Assembly (NCBI GenBank): GCA_964636545.1
Contig: CAZWSR010000001.1
Location: forward strand, 102,821 to 166,820
DNA length: 64,000 bases
From: Candidatus Undinarchaeota archaeon
GTDB lineage: Archaea > Undinarchaeota > Undinarchaeia > Undinarchaeales > UBA543
Reading direction: 5' to 3'
Shown in pieces: positions 30,281-39,350 of this stretch. The translations under genes and the position numbers were made by a program. Within the stretch, counting starts at the first letter, position 1, and each line of letters opens with the position of its first letter. Below the pieces are notes generated by a model. That model was not told where the DNA came from, ran no database searches, and worked only from the letters and a program-made list of their open reading frames with translations.

Positions 30281-30876
30281 GCCATTCCAAAACCGTATAG
30301 AACTGCCATGAAATTACCAGCTGCAAAAATTATTGTTGCTAAGATTAGATTAGGACGAAAATGATAAGCAGTTGATATTAGTAATCCAAAAAAGAATGTC
30401 AGAATTACAAACAACAGGCTTGGATATATTGAATGCATTAGTGCAAAAATTATAGAAGTTATGAGAATTGCCAGCCAAGGTTTTGAGGTTAAATTTTCAA
30501 GACGTGGTAAGAGAAAACCAAGATAAAGAAAAGCTTCCGCAAATGCTACAAGAATGAACAAGCCGTAAAAATGATAGTATGAAGTATAACCTGGAAAAAA
30601 AGATAAATTAAGAAACTGTGTAACAATAGCAAGGCCGAGGATTGCAGAAAATAGAGTTGCACCATAGAAGGGTAATGCTTTAAGAAGATTGTCAACACGC
30701 AGGCCAATATCTTTTATGTGGATTTTTTCGTGGAAAAGTATTGCAAGTATGGAGATCAGAACAACTGCAACTGCACCCCAGCGGAAAGCATATGGAATTA
30801 GATTAAAATAAATTAAAAGAATTGGAAGTGGGAATAGTAAGATGATTTGGAGCCATTTGAGGAATTGTTTGTTCAT
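30277..30876 (-). CDS. CPBP/Abi-family intramembrane protease-like protein (degenerate motifs)
   Basis: Multi-TM; AEAFLYLG in place of EExxxRG; SIIFALMH. Confidence 0.65.
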   Translation of the reverse strand: MNKQFLKWLQIILLFPLPILLIYFNLIPYAFRWGAVAVVLISILAILFHEKIHIKDIGLRVDNLLKALPFYGATLFSAILGLAIVTQFLNLSFFPGYTSYYHFYGLFILVAFAEAFLYLGFLLPRLENLTSKPWLAILITSIIFALMHSIYPSLLFVILTFFFGLLISTAYHFRPNLILATIIFAAGNFMAVLYGFGMA

Positions 30877-30950
30877 TAGAGAATATTGCTGTTTTTAACT
30901 TATAAAACAATCCCACAAAGTATTTAACACCAGAATAATTAGCCCACTGC

Positions 30951-32567
30951 ATGGAAACAAAAACCATTGTGCGTAATGTGCAGATAATAATTGTATTAGC
31001 ACTCTTCACCTACTTTTCTTGGTGGAAGAGCTTAAGTGTTCAAGTTGTTTACACGAACCTTTTCTTTATTTTACCAATAGCACTTTTGATGTTTAATGCA
31101 TTCAAATGGCAAGGCAAGGGCAAAATGCCGTTCCAAATGGGGAGCGGTTCCAAGAAGATAGGAACATATATTTTCCTTATTGTGATTGCAGCAGTTGCGT
31201 GGAATGTTGTCTGGGTAGGAATGTCAACGGGCTTTTATGGCGTAGATGATGCAGTTGATTTTGAAGCACAAGACATAACACTTGGAAATATTGATAATGT
31301 TAATTTGTTCCAGACAGATGTGATAAGAAAAGTTCCGCACAATACAGGTGAAATTAGGTTGCGTGCTAACCGTTTTGGTTGGGCAGATGTTGTGAATACT
31401 GATCCATTATATGAAAATGGAAAACTGGTTTGGAGAGCGGTTATTGAACCAAAAGGTTTGATAAATCAATTAACAAAGAGTGCTCCAGCTGTTGCAGAGA
31501 CCTCTGCAGAAATTGAAAGCAGTCCAACAGTTATTGAAAAAGATTTGAAATATTCAGAAGCTAAATTATTTACACAGTTTTCAATGAGACGGGCTTGGTA
31601 TGCTAACAGGTTCTTGCTTGTTGATGATGGTTATATTACAACAGGAGCTGATGGTTCTTATTGGTGGGTTTACCCAAGAATTGGAATTAAATGGTTCCTT
31701 TTCACTTACAAAAAAGAGTTCCGAGGAGTTACTTTAGTGAGTGCAGAAAGTAGTGAGATAAAACATTATGATGAGAATGAATTAGGCGAAGCAGAGGCGT
31801 TCCTTGGAAAAGATCATTTGAGAGTTTATCCAGAATCACTTGCGCTTCAACAAGCCGATATTTATGGAACTAACAGATTTGGATGGTGGGCAAAGTATGT
31901 TACTCAGAGATCTGGAGATGGAGAGTCACTTTATGAAATTCCAGGCGGACAACTACAAGCTGGTGCTGGATGGTGGCAGAAATATCCATTCTTGACAGTT
32001 TATTCTGATGAATTGTACTGGGTTACTGTTTACGAGCCAGTTGGAGGAGAAATTAGCGGTGCGCGTATTGCTGCAATTCTCTTAGTAGGTGCTGAGAGTA
32101 GCAATTCTGGTGAAATTACAATGCTGAAATTTGATAAATTAGAGAAGAACTTGCCAGGAGTGAATAAGATTTTGAGGTTTGCAAGAGCAGAAGTGCAGAA
32201 TTTCGAGGGCTGGATACCTCAGCAAGTTCAGATTTATCAAGATAATGGGAACTGGTATGCACTTTCTTCAATTGTGAGCGGTTCCGGAAGTGGTCAGAGG
32301 ATAATGGCTCTTGCTGGAGTTGATTTACTTGGTGAAGAGGAGAGAGCATATGTGGTGAAAACATCTGATTATGAGAATTTAGATGCAGCTCACAGTGCAT
32401 TAGTTGCTAGAATGTTTGGAGGCGCTGAACTACTACCAATTCGAGAAGAAATTGACGATCCAGGAATTGTTGTGAGTGATCCTGCTCAAGAAAATGATGT
32501 TGAAGAACGGCTTGATGAAATGGATGCTAAGCTGGACAAGATTATGGAGAAACTGGAAATAGAATAA
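30951..32567 (+). CDS. Membrane-anchored protein of unknown function
   Basis: Three N-terminal TM segments, large Trp/Tyr-rich domain, C-terminal coiled-coil-like tail. Confidence 0.75.
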   Translation: METKTIVRNVQIIIVLALFTYFSWWKSLSVQVVYTNLFFILPIALLMFNAFKWQGKGKMPFQMGSGSKKIGTYIFLIVIAAVAWNVVWVGMSTGFYGVDDAVDFEAQDITLGNIDNVNLFQTDVIRKVPHNTGEIRLRANRFGWADVVNTDPLYENGKLVWRAVIEPKGLINQLTKSAPAVAETSAEIESSPTVIEKDLKYSEAKLFTQFSMRRAWYANRFLLVDDGYITTGADGSYWWVYPRIGIKWFLFTYKKEFRGVTLVSAESSEIKHYDENELGEAEAFLGKDHLRVYPESLALQQADIYGTNRFGWWAKYVTQRSGDGESLYEIPGGQLQAGAGWWQKYPFLTVYSDELYWVTVYEPVGGEISGARIAAILLVGAESSNSGEITMLKFDKLEKNLPGVNKILRFARAEVQNFEGWIPQQVQIYQDNGNWYALSSIVSGSGSGQRIMALAGVDLLGEEERAYVVKTSDYENLDAAHSALVARMFGGAELLPIREEIDDPGIVVSDPAQENDVEERLDEMDAKLDKIMEKLEIE

Positions 32568-32639
32568 CACCCAGACCTTGTAATTTATGACTGGGTGAAT
32601 CTTGAAGCGGCTGTGGCCACTTCAAGATAAGCAATAAAC

Positions 32640-32647
32640 TTTAAATA
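32640..32647 (+). promoter_or_regulatory. TATA box of tRNA-iMet
   Basis: TTTAAATA about 25 nt upstream of the tRNA 5' end. Confidence 0.6.
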
Positions 32648-32671
32648 GCCACGACTTCAGAAAATCCGTAT

Positions 32672-32746
32672 AGCGGGGTAGGGCAGCCTGGAGTGCCCGT
32701 CGGGCTCATAACCCGGAGGTCGGTGGTTCAAGTCCACCCCCCGCTA
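32672..32746 (+). tRNA. Initiator tRNA-Met(CAT)
   Basis: AGCGGGG...CCCCGCT-A (A1:U72), GGG/CCC anticodon stem with CT-CAT-AA loop, GGTTCAAGTCC. Confidence 0.96.
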
Positions 32747-32748
32747 CT

Positions 32749-32782
32749 CATCAGCTATCGGCTAACAGCCAACAGCTATCAA
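32749..32782 (+). repeat. Single heptamer arm immediately 3' of tRNA-iMet
   Basis: CATCAG CTATCGG CTAACAG CCAACAG CTATCAA. Confidence 0.8.
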
Positions 32783-32789
32783 ACTTGTT

Positions 32790-33353
32790 ATGACCAAATC
32801 CAACCTAATCAAACCAGCAATTCCGAAAGACCTTTTCAAATACATTGCAGTTTTTGCAGGGATTGTTTTGATTGTTATTTACGGAATCTTTTTCCTGAAA
32901 ATTAATTTTAAAACAGTGATGATACTGTTTGGTTTTGTGTTGATAGGCGCTGTTTCACGATTACCGCAAAGGATGGCGCCAGTTGCAATTGGTATTGAAC
33001 TGGTTTCGCTAGTTACAATTGTTTCAGCAATGAAGTATAGTCCAGTTATTGGTGCTTTAGTTGGCGTTTCAGCAGCTGCTTTGTCTGGATTTTATACAAT
33101 TGAAAGGCCACAGGACGTTATTGTGATGAGTATTGGATTTATTGGAATGGGTTTGCTGACTCCGCTGTTAGTTAATTGGTTTGGATTAGGAATTGGTGTT
33201 GTGGTGATTACAGCAATTTATGATTTGTTTACTGGAATTTTCTATTCTTTGACTGGGCATAGTTGGGTTGGAGTAATTAGGTTTGCAGCAATGCATATCC
33301 CATTCAACTTTTTTGTAGTAATAGGACTAAGTCCGATGTTGATGGTATTGTAA
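32790..33353 (+). CDS. Multi-TM membrane protein (ECF S-component-like topology)
   Basis: About six hydrophobic segments; GIELVS...GALVG. Confidence 0.65.
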   Translation: MTKSNLIKPAIPKDLFKYIAVFAGIVLIVIYGIFFLKINFKTVMILFGFVLIGAVSRLPQRMAPVAIGIELVSLVTIVSAMKYSPVIGALVGVSAAALSGFYTIERPQDVIVMSIGFIGMGLLTPLLVNWFGLGIGVVVITAIYDLFTGIFYSLTGHSWVGVIRFAAMHIPFNFFVVIGLSPMLMVL

Positions 33354-33419
33354 AAAATAAAATTAGGGCGCAGATTTTACACTACACCCTTTTAGATTGT
33401 GTCTAGCACAGTTCAAAGC

Positions 33420-33728
33420 TTAAAGCTTCTTTATGTGCTCAACTCTTACCTTTGACACTACTGGTTTCCAAACTTGTGCTGGGAGCCAGCTTGGCCTGTT
33501 TTCAGGGGACTTGACTTTCTTTCTTGATCCCTTGAACACGTGAATAGAGTATGATCCGTCTGAATTTCTCCTTCCACGCTGTCGTAGCCTGATGTCAGTT
33601 AGGTTTCGAGTTGCTGCTTTTAGAGCTGCCTGTCGTGGAGCAGATCCAGTGAAAACTCTCTCAGAGTCTTTGGACTTGTTCCTCAAAACGTAGGTCTTTT
33701 TTGCTCTTGTTTTTCTTTTTTTTGCCAT
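33420..33728 (-). CDS. Non-histone chromosomal protein MC1
   Basis: VFTGSAPRQAALKAA, IRLRQRG, HVFKG, PSWLP...WKP. Confidence 0.93.
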   Translation of the reverse strand: MAKKRKTRAKKTYVLRNKSKDSERVFTGSAPRQAALKAATRNLTDIRLRQRGRRNSDGSYSIHVFKGSRKKVKSPENRPSWLPAQVWKPVVSKVRVEHIKKL

Positions 33729-33959
33729 TTTTATTCCACCTCCTTTGGACATTCGAAATATTAACAAAAACGGTAAGCTAGAACCATATATAAGCATATC
33801 GACACGCTTGGTGCCGGTTTTGAGTAGTAAAGTATATATACTAGGATTTACTCGCGTTTTTCCCGCAACAAAAACGATAGCAAGCGAAGTATTTTTGAAA
33901 AGGGTTTTCCCAGTGAAGTATTAAGTAAATTCCCGGAAGAACTGAGTGTGGTGAAAAAC

Positions 33960-34343
33960 ATGGATGAAATGATAGCGTATCTTAGAAGATTAGGATTAAC
34001 AGAATACCAAGCAAGGGTGATGATTGTACTGTTTTGCAAACATGAAACAACTGCAAAAGAGATTTGCAAGTATGGTGGATTGCCAAACTCAAAAGTATAT
34101 CAGGTACTGAAACGGCTTGAGGACAAAGGTTTTGTGTCTTACAATTACACAAGCCCGCGGGAGTATGTTGGAATGAGACCAGGGAAAGCACTGAACATGC
34201 TGTTGAAAAAGCAAGAGAAAGAACTAGATAAGCTGAAAGAATTTAAGAAAAAGCGGATTGATACACTCAAAAAACTAGAGTTGCATGAGATAAAAAGAGA
34301 GAGTCCGCATCCTATGTGGAGTACAGAACAGTACAAACAATGA
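33960..34343 (+). CDS. TrmB-family HTH transcriptional regulator
   Basis: LGLTEYQARV...TAKEI...PNSKVYQVLKRLEDKGFV...PREY. Confidence 0.9.
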   Translation: MDEMIAYLRRLGLTEYQARVMIVLFCKHETTAKEICKYGGLPNSKVYQVLKRLEDKGFVSYNYTSPREYVGMRPGKALNMLLKKQEKELDKLKEFKKKRIDTLKKLELHEIKRESPHPMWSTEQYKQ

Positions 34344-34694
34344 TTACTCTTCTTTCAAATCTAAAATAGCTTTTGCCAAATCCCCGCCAGATGCTTGAAG
34401 AGCAGATTTTGCAGCTTCAGGAGTTGAGCCAGTCTGTGATGTGACCATTTCTACATCGCCTTCATCAACTTCAGCTTCAGCAGCAGCTCCACCTTCAGAT
34501 GAACTACCAGAAACCTGATACATTTCCTTACCCTGTACATTCATCTTGGAAACATCAGGATTTGTAATGACAATTTGGGTTCCATCAGCTTTCTTAATAA
34601 TAACTTCAGTAGCGTCGATCTCGTCAACACTCATACCGAGTTTCTGCATCATCTTCTGCATATTTCTTGGATTCATGTTCATTCCTGGAAACAT
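34344..34694 (-). CDS. nac: Nascent polypeptide-associated complex protein
   Basis: MNPRNMQKMMQKLGM, ATEVII, YQVSG, C-terminal UBA-like GDLAKAI. Confidence 0.95.
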   Translation of the reverse strand: MFPGMNMNPRNMQKMMQKLGMSVDEIDATEVIIKKADGTQIVITNPDVSKMNVQGKEMYQVSGSSSEGGAAAEAEVDEGDVEMVTSQTGSTPEAAKSALQASGGDLAKAILDLKEE

Positions 34695-36106
34695 TATTTT
34701 TTCACCTCTTTCTTTGTTGCAACTTTCTTAATTATAGGTTTCGGTGCAGGTGGAATTGTGCTAGTGCCAGCAGTTTTGACAATTTCACGAGTACTTAGAA
34801 CATTCAAACCAGGAACTCTTTTCATTCTAAATGGTTTTGTGTGGCCAAGAACAAATTTGATTCCTTTTGAATGTGCATTGTTGATTAGCACTTGTTCAAT
34901 AGGAGAATCAATCACGAGTGCCTGAGCAGCGCCGTTTTGCAAATTCTTCATTACACTTGAAAGTTCAGTTAATGGAACTCTTCCAATTTCTCTGAAGCTT
35001 GCACCAGATTGTTTCAAAAGGCAGGCGTTCTTGCTTCCAGCAATTCCAGAAGCGATTTTTCCAAGTGCCTTGTAGTTTGGCTTGAACTCTGTTTTTGGAT
35101 CTAGAAGCTCTCGAGGAGTTGCAGTTGCTGGATATGAAGAAGCTGGACTTCTCCTATCTGTTCTCTGGGCGTCTCTTCGATCAGGGGTTCTTCGGTCAGT
35201 TCTGTACTCTGTTCTTTGTCTTGAGTATGGTCTGGTTGGAGAACGTGTTGAAACTGATCTTGGAGCATAGGTTGTAGTTGCTTTTTGGCGCATGACAGTT
35301 TCTATTGTTAATTTGCTTCTAAGTGCTTTGATGAGGTCTTTTTGAGTCATTTCCTCAACTTCCATTCCAGATGGAGCTTTTGCAACATATTCGATTTTGA
35401 CAAATTGCATCAAGCTCTTCAAAATAAGATCTCCACCGCGGTCTCCGTCAAGGAAAACTGTTATTTCCTTGCCAGCGCACAAATCCTTGATTGATGCGTG
35501 GATGTTGGTTCCGCCAACACTGAGAACATTTGGCATGTTTGATCTAAGAAGATTTATAACATCTGCTCTACCTTCAACAAGAATTAGATCTTTTGCACTG
35601 CCGATATCAGGACCGCCTGCAAGTTTTGCAGGTCCGTATTCCTTCAATTCTCCAGTACGAACACTTACTTTGACTTTGTCACTGAGCTCGTTTGAGCCAG
35701 GTGAACCTTGTCCAAGTGAAGAAAGTAGTGCTTTTGCACGGTCAACAACATAATCGCGCTTTGCAGTGCGGACATCCTCAATCTCGCTAATTGCAATTTT
35801 TGAATCGCATGGACCGATTCTTTCAATTGTTTCAAGAGCAGCTGCAATTAAAGCAGTGTCTTCTTTACTGAGCGAAGTTGGAATGTCAATTGAACCAGTG
35901 CTTTTGCCGTCAGCAGAAGAAACCTTGACCTCTATTCGTCCAATTCTTCCGCCTTTTTGCAATTCTCTGAGCTCTAACTCATTTCCGAGTAGACCTTCTG
36001 TTTGTCCAAAAATAGCGCCGATAACATCCGGTCTCTCAACAACTCCAGTTGTCGCTATTTTTGCTTTAATTATGTATTTTGTGGCTGAAACGCCTATTTT
36101 ACCCAT
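34694..36106 (-). CDS. dnaG: Archaeal DnaG primase-like protein
   Basis: VVERPDVIGAIFGQTEGLLG, GRIGRI, TOPRIM LVEGRADV, FLDGDRGG. Confidence 0.96.
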   Translation of the reverse strand: MGKIGVSATKYIIKAKIATTGVVERPDVIGAIFGQTEGLLGNELELRELQKGGRIGRIEVKVSSADGKSTGSIDIPTSLSKEDTALIAAALETIERIGPCDSKIAISEIEDVRTAKRDYVVDRAKALLSSLGQGSPGSNELSDKVKVSVRTGELKEYGPAKLAGGPDIGSAKDLILVEGRADVINLLRSNMPNVLSVGGTNIHASIKDLCAGKEITVFLDGDRGGDLILKSLMQFVKIEYVAKAPSGMEVEEMTQKDLIKALRSKLTIETVMRQKATTTYAPRSVSTRSPTRPYSRQRTEYRTDRRTPDRRDAQRTDRRSPASSYPATATPRELLDPKTEFKPNYKALGKIASGIAGSKNACLLKQSGASFREIGRVPLTELSSVMKNLQNGAAQALVIDSPIEQVLINNAHSKGIKFVLGHTKPFRMKRVPGLNVLSTREIVKTAGTSTIPPAPKPIIKKVATKKEVKK

Positions 36107-36214
36107 TAGTGCCTCCTTTGGAAATTATCTAAAAATCAACATCAAACAATATAGAAATAAATCATTACTGTGCTATTCTAGTGAGCATGCATCGTGATTC
36201 TATTTCTTTTGAGT

Positions 36215-36490
36215 TTAGTCGTGAGTAACAGCAGATATTGCTGTCTTGACTTGTGACCACAGGCAGTTTATTTCAACAATCTTTGTTGTTGATGTTTTTC
36301 CTGTGATGATGTCGATTTTTGGAATTGTTCCTATATGTTTTTTTATTGTTTTTTTCAGGAACTGTGTGATTTCCGTATTTGCTTTTCCATTGATTGGCTT
36401 GGAATTTACCCAAACCTTGAGTTTGTGATCGCCTAAAACCTGAATTTTCTGTCTTGTTGCGTTGGTTTTGGCAATGACTGTAACTTTCAT
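36215..36490 (-). CDS. DUF167 (YggU-like) protein
   Basis: LKVWVNSKPINGKAN...IITGKTSTTK. Confidence 0.85.
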   Translation of the reverse strand: MKVTVIAKTNATRQKIQVLGDHKLKVWVNSKPINGKANTEITQFLKKTIKKHIGTIPKIDIITGKTSTTKIVEINCLWSQVKTAISAVTHD

Positions 36491-36496
36491 GGAATT

Positions 36497-36580
36497 GCTC
36501 TTAGACCGGTACTAACACCCAGATTCACAGCATGACAAGGTCGTACTCCACTGAGTAACCCTCGCACCGGGCTAAAAAGC
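36497..36580 (-). ncRNA. Candidate structured RNA or 5' leader upstream of the DUF167 gene
   Basis: Long closing stem GCTTTTTAGCCCGGTGC / GTACCGGTCTAAGAGC with internal hairpin AGGGT-TACTC-AGTG-GAGTA-(CG)-ACCTT; TATA-like TTATATAC about 25 nt upstream. Confidence 0.45.
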
Positions 36581-36622
36581 AATATAAATTGGTGGAAAAT
36601 GAGTATATAATAGTTATGGTGA

Positions 36623-37504
36623 CTAAACTTGTACTGCTTTTATCAAATCCTTTGCAGTTATCATTCCAACACATTTTTCCCCTTCCATTACAGGCAAACC
36701 ACTAATATTGTGCTGAGTCATGAGCTGAGCAGCGTCCTGAAGAGTTGCATTTAGGTCAATTGTTTTTGGTTTGCTCATTAATCGAGAAATTTGCGTGTTC
36801 AAGAAGTCTCTTGAGAATTGGCGAGCGAATTCAAATACTAAATCCTTTGATGTGACTATTCCAACTAAGTGCCTTTCTTGAAGAATTGGGATTCTGCGGA
36901 AGCTGTTTCGAGCCATTGTTTTGGAAATATCAAGAACAGTTTCACCAGGAGTACCGAAAATGATTTCTTTTGCCATATGATCTTTGACCAGTTGGCCGGT
37001 GAGGGATTTTGACATTAAATTCACTATTCGCTTTTCAGTAATCATCCCAATAAGTACATCATTACGCTCAACAGGAACTCCGCCAAGCCCTGTTTTTTTC
37101 AAATGAGCTAGGGCATCCTTGAGTGAATTTGAGCTTTTGAGAGCAGTTACGCGCTGAGTCATTATTTCGCGAACTGGCTCATTCATTGCAGCTGTTAAAT
37201 TACCTTGGTGCTTTTCCTTAATGAGGTTGTAGTGTTCTCCGCCGCCAAGGAAATTCATAATGTCTTTACAAGTGACAACTCCTTCAATTCTGCCTACAGA
37301 GTCAATTAGAAAAACTCGTCTTGTTTGAAGAGAAAGCATTTTTTCTGCAGCATGTTTGATTGTGTCTTCTTTACGCATTGATGCGGTGTTGCGGACTGTA
37401 GCAAGAATTGAACCATCTGGGGACGCATCACGGCGCTTTCGCTCGTACTTTGGACTCCAGTCAAAAGACAAGATTTTATTTTTCAGATTTTTGAATGTAT
37501 TCAT
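36623..37504 (-). CDS. Protein with four CBS domains
   Basis: Repeated CBS motifs (GVVTCKDI, GGVPV, RRIPI, SGLPV...GMITAKDL). Confidence 0.9.
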   Translation of the reverse strand: MNTFKNLKNKILSFDWSPKYERKRRDASPDGSILATVRNTASMRKEDTIKHAAEKMLSLQTRRVFLIDSVGRIEGVVTCKDIMNFLGGGEHYNLIKEKHQGNLTAAMNEPVREIMTQRVTALKSSNSLKDALAHLKKTGLGGVPVERNDVLIGMITEKRIVNLMSKSLTGQLVKDHMAKEIIFGTPGETVLDISKTMARNSFRRIPILQERHLVGIVTSKDLVFEFARQFSRDFLNTQISRLMSKPKTIDLNATLQDAAQLMTQHNISGLPVMEGEKCVGMITAKDLIKAVQV

Positions 37505-37505
37505 G

Positions 37506-38063
37506 TTATTCAGTTGATTCGCGACAGTTCTCACAAATAAAGGCTTCGTTCACTTCAAAAAGTTTCTCAGCATAATTTCCACAGGTTTCACAATTTCCTT
37601 CTGTTGGAGAATCGCGGAATGAGATATCTTCGCTCTTTATGTTTGTGAGTTCGCGGAGCGTCTCCATTTCAGCTGGAGCTGCTTTTACAATATCGTCTGC
37701 AGTTAGGATTCCAATGAGATTTCCCTTGTCCATTACAGGGAGTTTCCTCTTGCCAGTTTTTACAATAAGTTTTGCAACATCCATTAATCCTTCTTCAGGT
37801 GAAACTGTGATTAATTTTTTAGACATAACTTGCTTGACAAGTATGTCACCAGGATCTTTTTTATGAGCCAATAAACCAACAAAATCACGTTCTGTGATAA
37901 TGCCAACTGGCTTGTGATCGTCTACAACAACTAGACCGCCGATGCCGTTTTTAAGCATTGTCTTGGCTGCATCATTTACAGTGTCCTCTGGAGTGATTGT
38001 AATCACTGGAGAAACCATTACATCTCTAATTGGAATTTTTGAACTTACCATTTTAACCCACAT
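37506..38063 (-). CDS. CBS-pair protein with C-terminal zinc ribbon
   Basis: GIITERD, KLPV...GILTADD, CETCG...CENC. Confidence 0.9.
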   Translation of the reverse strand: MWVKMVSSKIPIRDVMVSPVITITPEDTVNDAAKTMLKNGIGGLVVVDDHKPVGIITERDFVGLLAHKKDPGDILVKQVMSKKLITVSPEEGLMDVAKLIVKTGKRKLPVMDKGNLIGILTADDIVKAAPAEMETLRELTNIKSEDISFRDSPTEGNCETCGNYAEKLFEVNEAFICENCRESTE

Positions 38064-38097
38064 AAGACGATAGTGTGTTGAGGTTTAAAAAGTTTGC

Positions 38098-38559
38098 TTA
38101 AGAAAAATCTTTGGCTACAATAGGAGGAACAAACTGTTGCCAAGGTTGTCCGTTCTTTTTTAATTCTCGAATTTTTGTAGCAGAAATTCCGTCAAGAAAG
38201 TCAACTTCTTTTACTTCAAACCCGCAGGACTTGATAAAATCAAGTCGGACATTGTCTCCAGAAACATACATAGTATCAAATGGATTTGCTTTTTTTCTGA
38301 CCTCATCAGCCCATAGCTGATGGGTTTCTTGATCATTTATGAGAACAATTCGGTAATTTGTTATGTTTTCAGATTGTAGTACTTGTTCAATTAATTCTTT
38401 TCTTTTAGTTGAAGTTAGGGGGTTTTGTTCCGTGATTTCGCTGTTTGCTGAACCAATCCCGATTATGATTTTGTCACATTCTTTCAAAATCTGCTTAATG
38501 ACATGCAAGTGCCCGTTATGGAATGGCTGAAATCTGCCAATGAATAATCCAGTTGTCAT
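38098..38559 (-). CDS. nadM: Nicotinamide-nucleotide adenylyltransferase
   Basis: FIGRFQPFHNGH, GIGSA, NPLT, ISATKIR. Confidence 0.9.
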   Translation of the reverse strand: MTTGLFIGRFQPFHNGHLHVIKQILKECDKIIIGIGSANSEITEQNPLTSTKRKELIEQVLQSENITNYRIVLINDQETHQLWADEVRKKANPFDTMYVSGDNVRLDFIKSCGFEVKEVDFLDGISATKIRELKKNGQPWQQFVPPIVAKDFS

Positions 38560-38610
38560 TGAAATAACAGCGGGTGTTCTATTTAATAAAAGTTTTGATA
38601 AAGGGAAAAA

Positions 38611-39297
38611 TTGTTAAAGCAGGAAAGTGTAGTAAGAACTGTGACTGAGAAAGGAATTGTTTCATGGGATAGAATATTTTACATTAGCGCCGGTCTTGCA
38701 GGTTTAGGAATTTTAACTGGATTTTTCAGTGATACAATTTCATTTATTTGTTGGGTTCTTATTCTTGCTTTGTGGAGTGAGATTCCAGGATTCATTAACA
38801 TACACCTGAATGAAATAAACATCTCAGAATTCATAGTGGTACTGCTTGCAATACACTTTGGAGGAATACCAATGGGGCTTCTGGCAGCAGTTTATGTTGC
38901 AGCTTTGCCGATTTGTAGCAGAATGTGGAAGCCAGCATTTGCAATAAAGGGAGCAGTTGCCACATTTATTGCAATTTCAACTTCTCCATTGTTTTATTAT
39001 TATGTTTTTAATCAGAATTTATTATGGACTTTATACACGTACACAGCTATTTTGTTTATAACATTTGGTTTGTTTTCTTTGTTTTTGACAACTGGGGCTT
39101 TTTTTGAAGACCTTAGGCTTTGTATGATTTCTCTACCTATTGCTTATTTGACAAACTTGATTTATGTTTATGCTCTAGAGGATTGGGTTGGTGGATGGTT
39201 TGTTCCAACACCACACTTCCCAGGCGCGTATAAATTAATAATAATCGCGTTTATGCTAGCAATTGGTGGAGTTGCGATTGTTAATCGGAAAAAGTAA
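38611..39297 (+). CDS. Multi-TM membrane protein
   Basis: About seven hydrophobic segments; start uncertain. Confidence 0.65.
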   Translation: MLKQESVVRTVTEKGIVSWDRIFYISAGLAGLGILTGFFSDTISFICWVLILALWSEIPGFINIHLNEINISEFIVVLLAIHFGGIPMGLLAAVYVAALPICSRMWKPAFAIKGAVATFIAISTSPLFYYYVFNQNLLWTLYTYTAILFITFGLFSLFLTTGAFFEDLRLCMISLPIAYLTNLIYVYALEDWVGGWFVPTPHFPGAYKLIIIAFMLAIGGVAIVNRKK

Positions 39298-39350
39298 ACT
39301 GTAGAGAGTTAAGAAAATTATAATAAGGAGTAAGATTACACTTTACAAAA

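Noticed and set aside
32693-32905. 70-aa ORF
   Set aside because: It is a translation of the tRNA-iMet and repeat trailer.
33800-33950. Replication origin in the MC1-TrmB intergenic region
   Set aside because: Only one loose ORB-like word (TTCCCAGTGAAG) and no cdc6/orc1 nearby.
35130-35280. Arg/Thr-rich quasi-repeats in DnaG
   Set aside because: Codon-phase low-complexity linker with no 7/8-nt periodicity; variable linkers are usual in archaeal DnaG.
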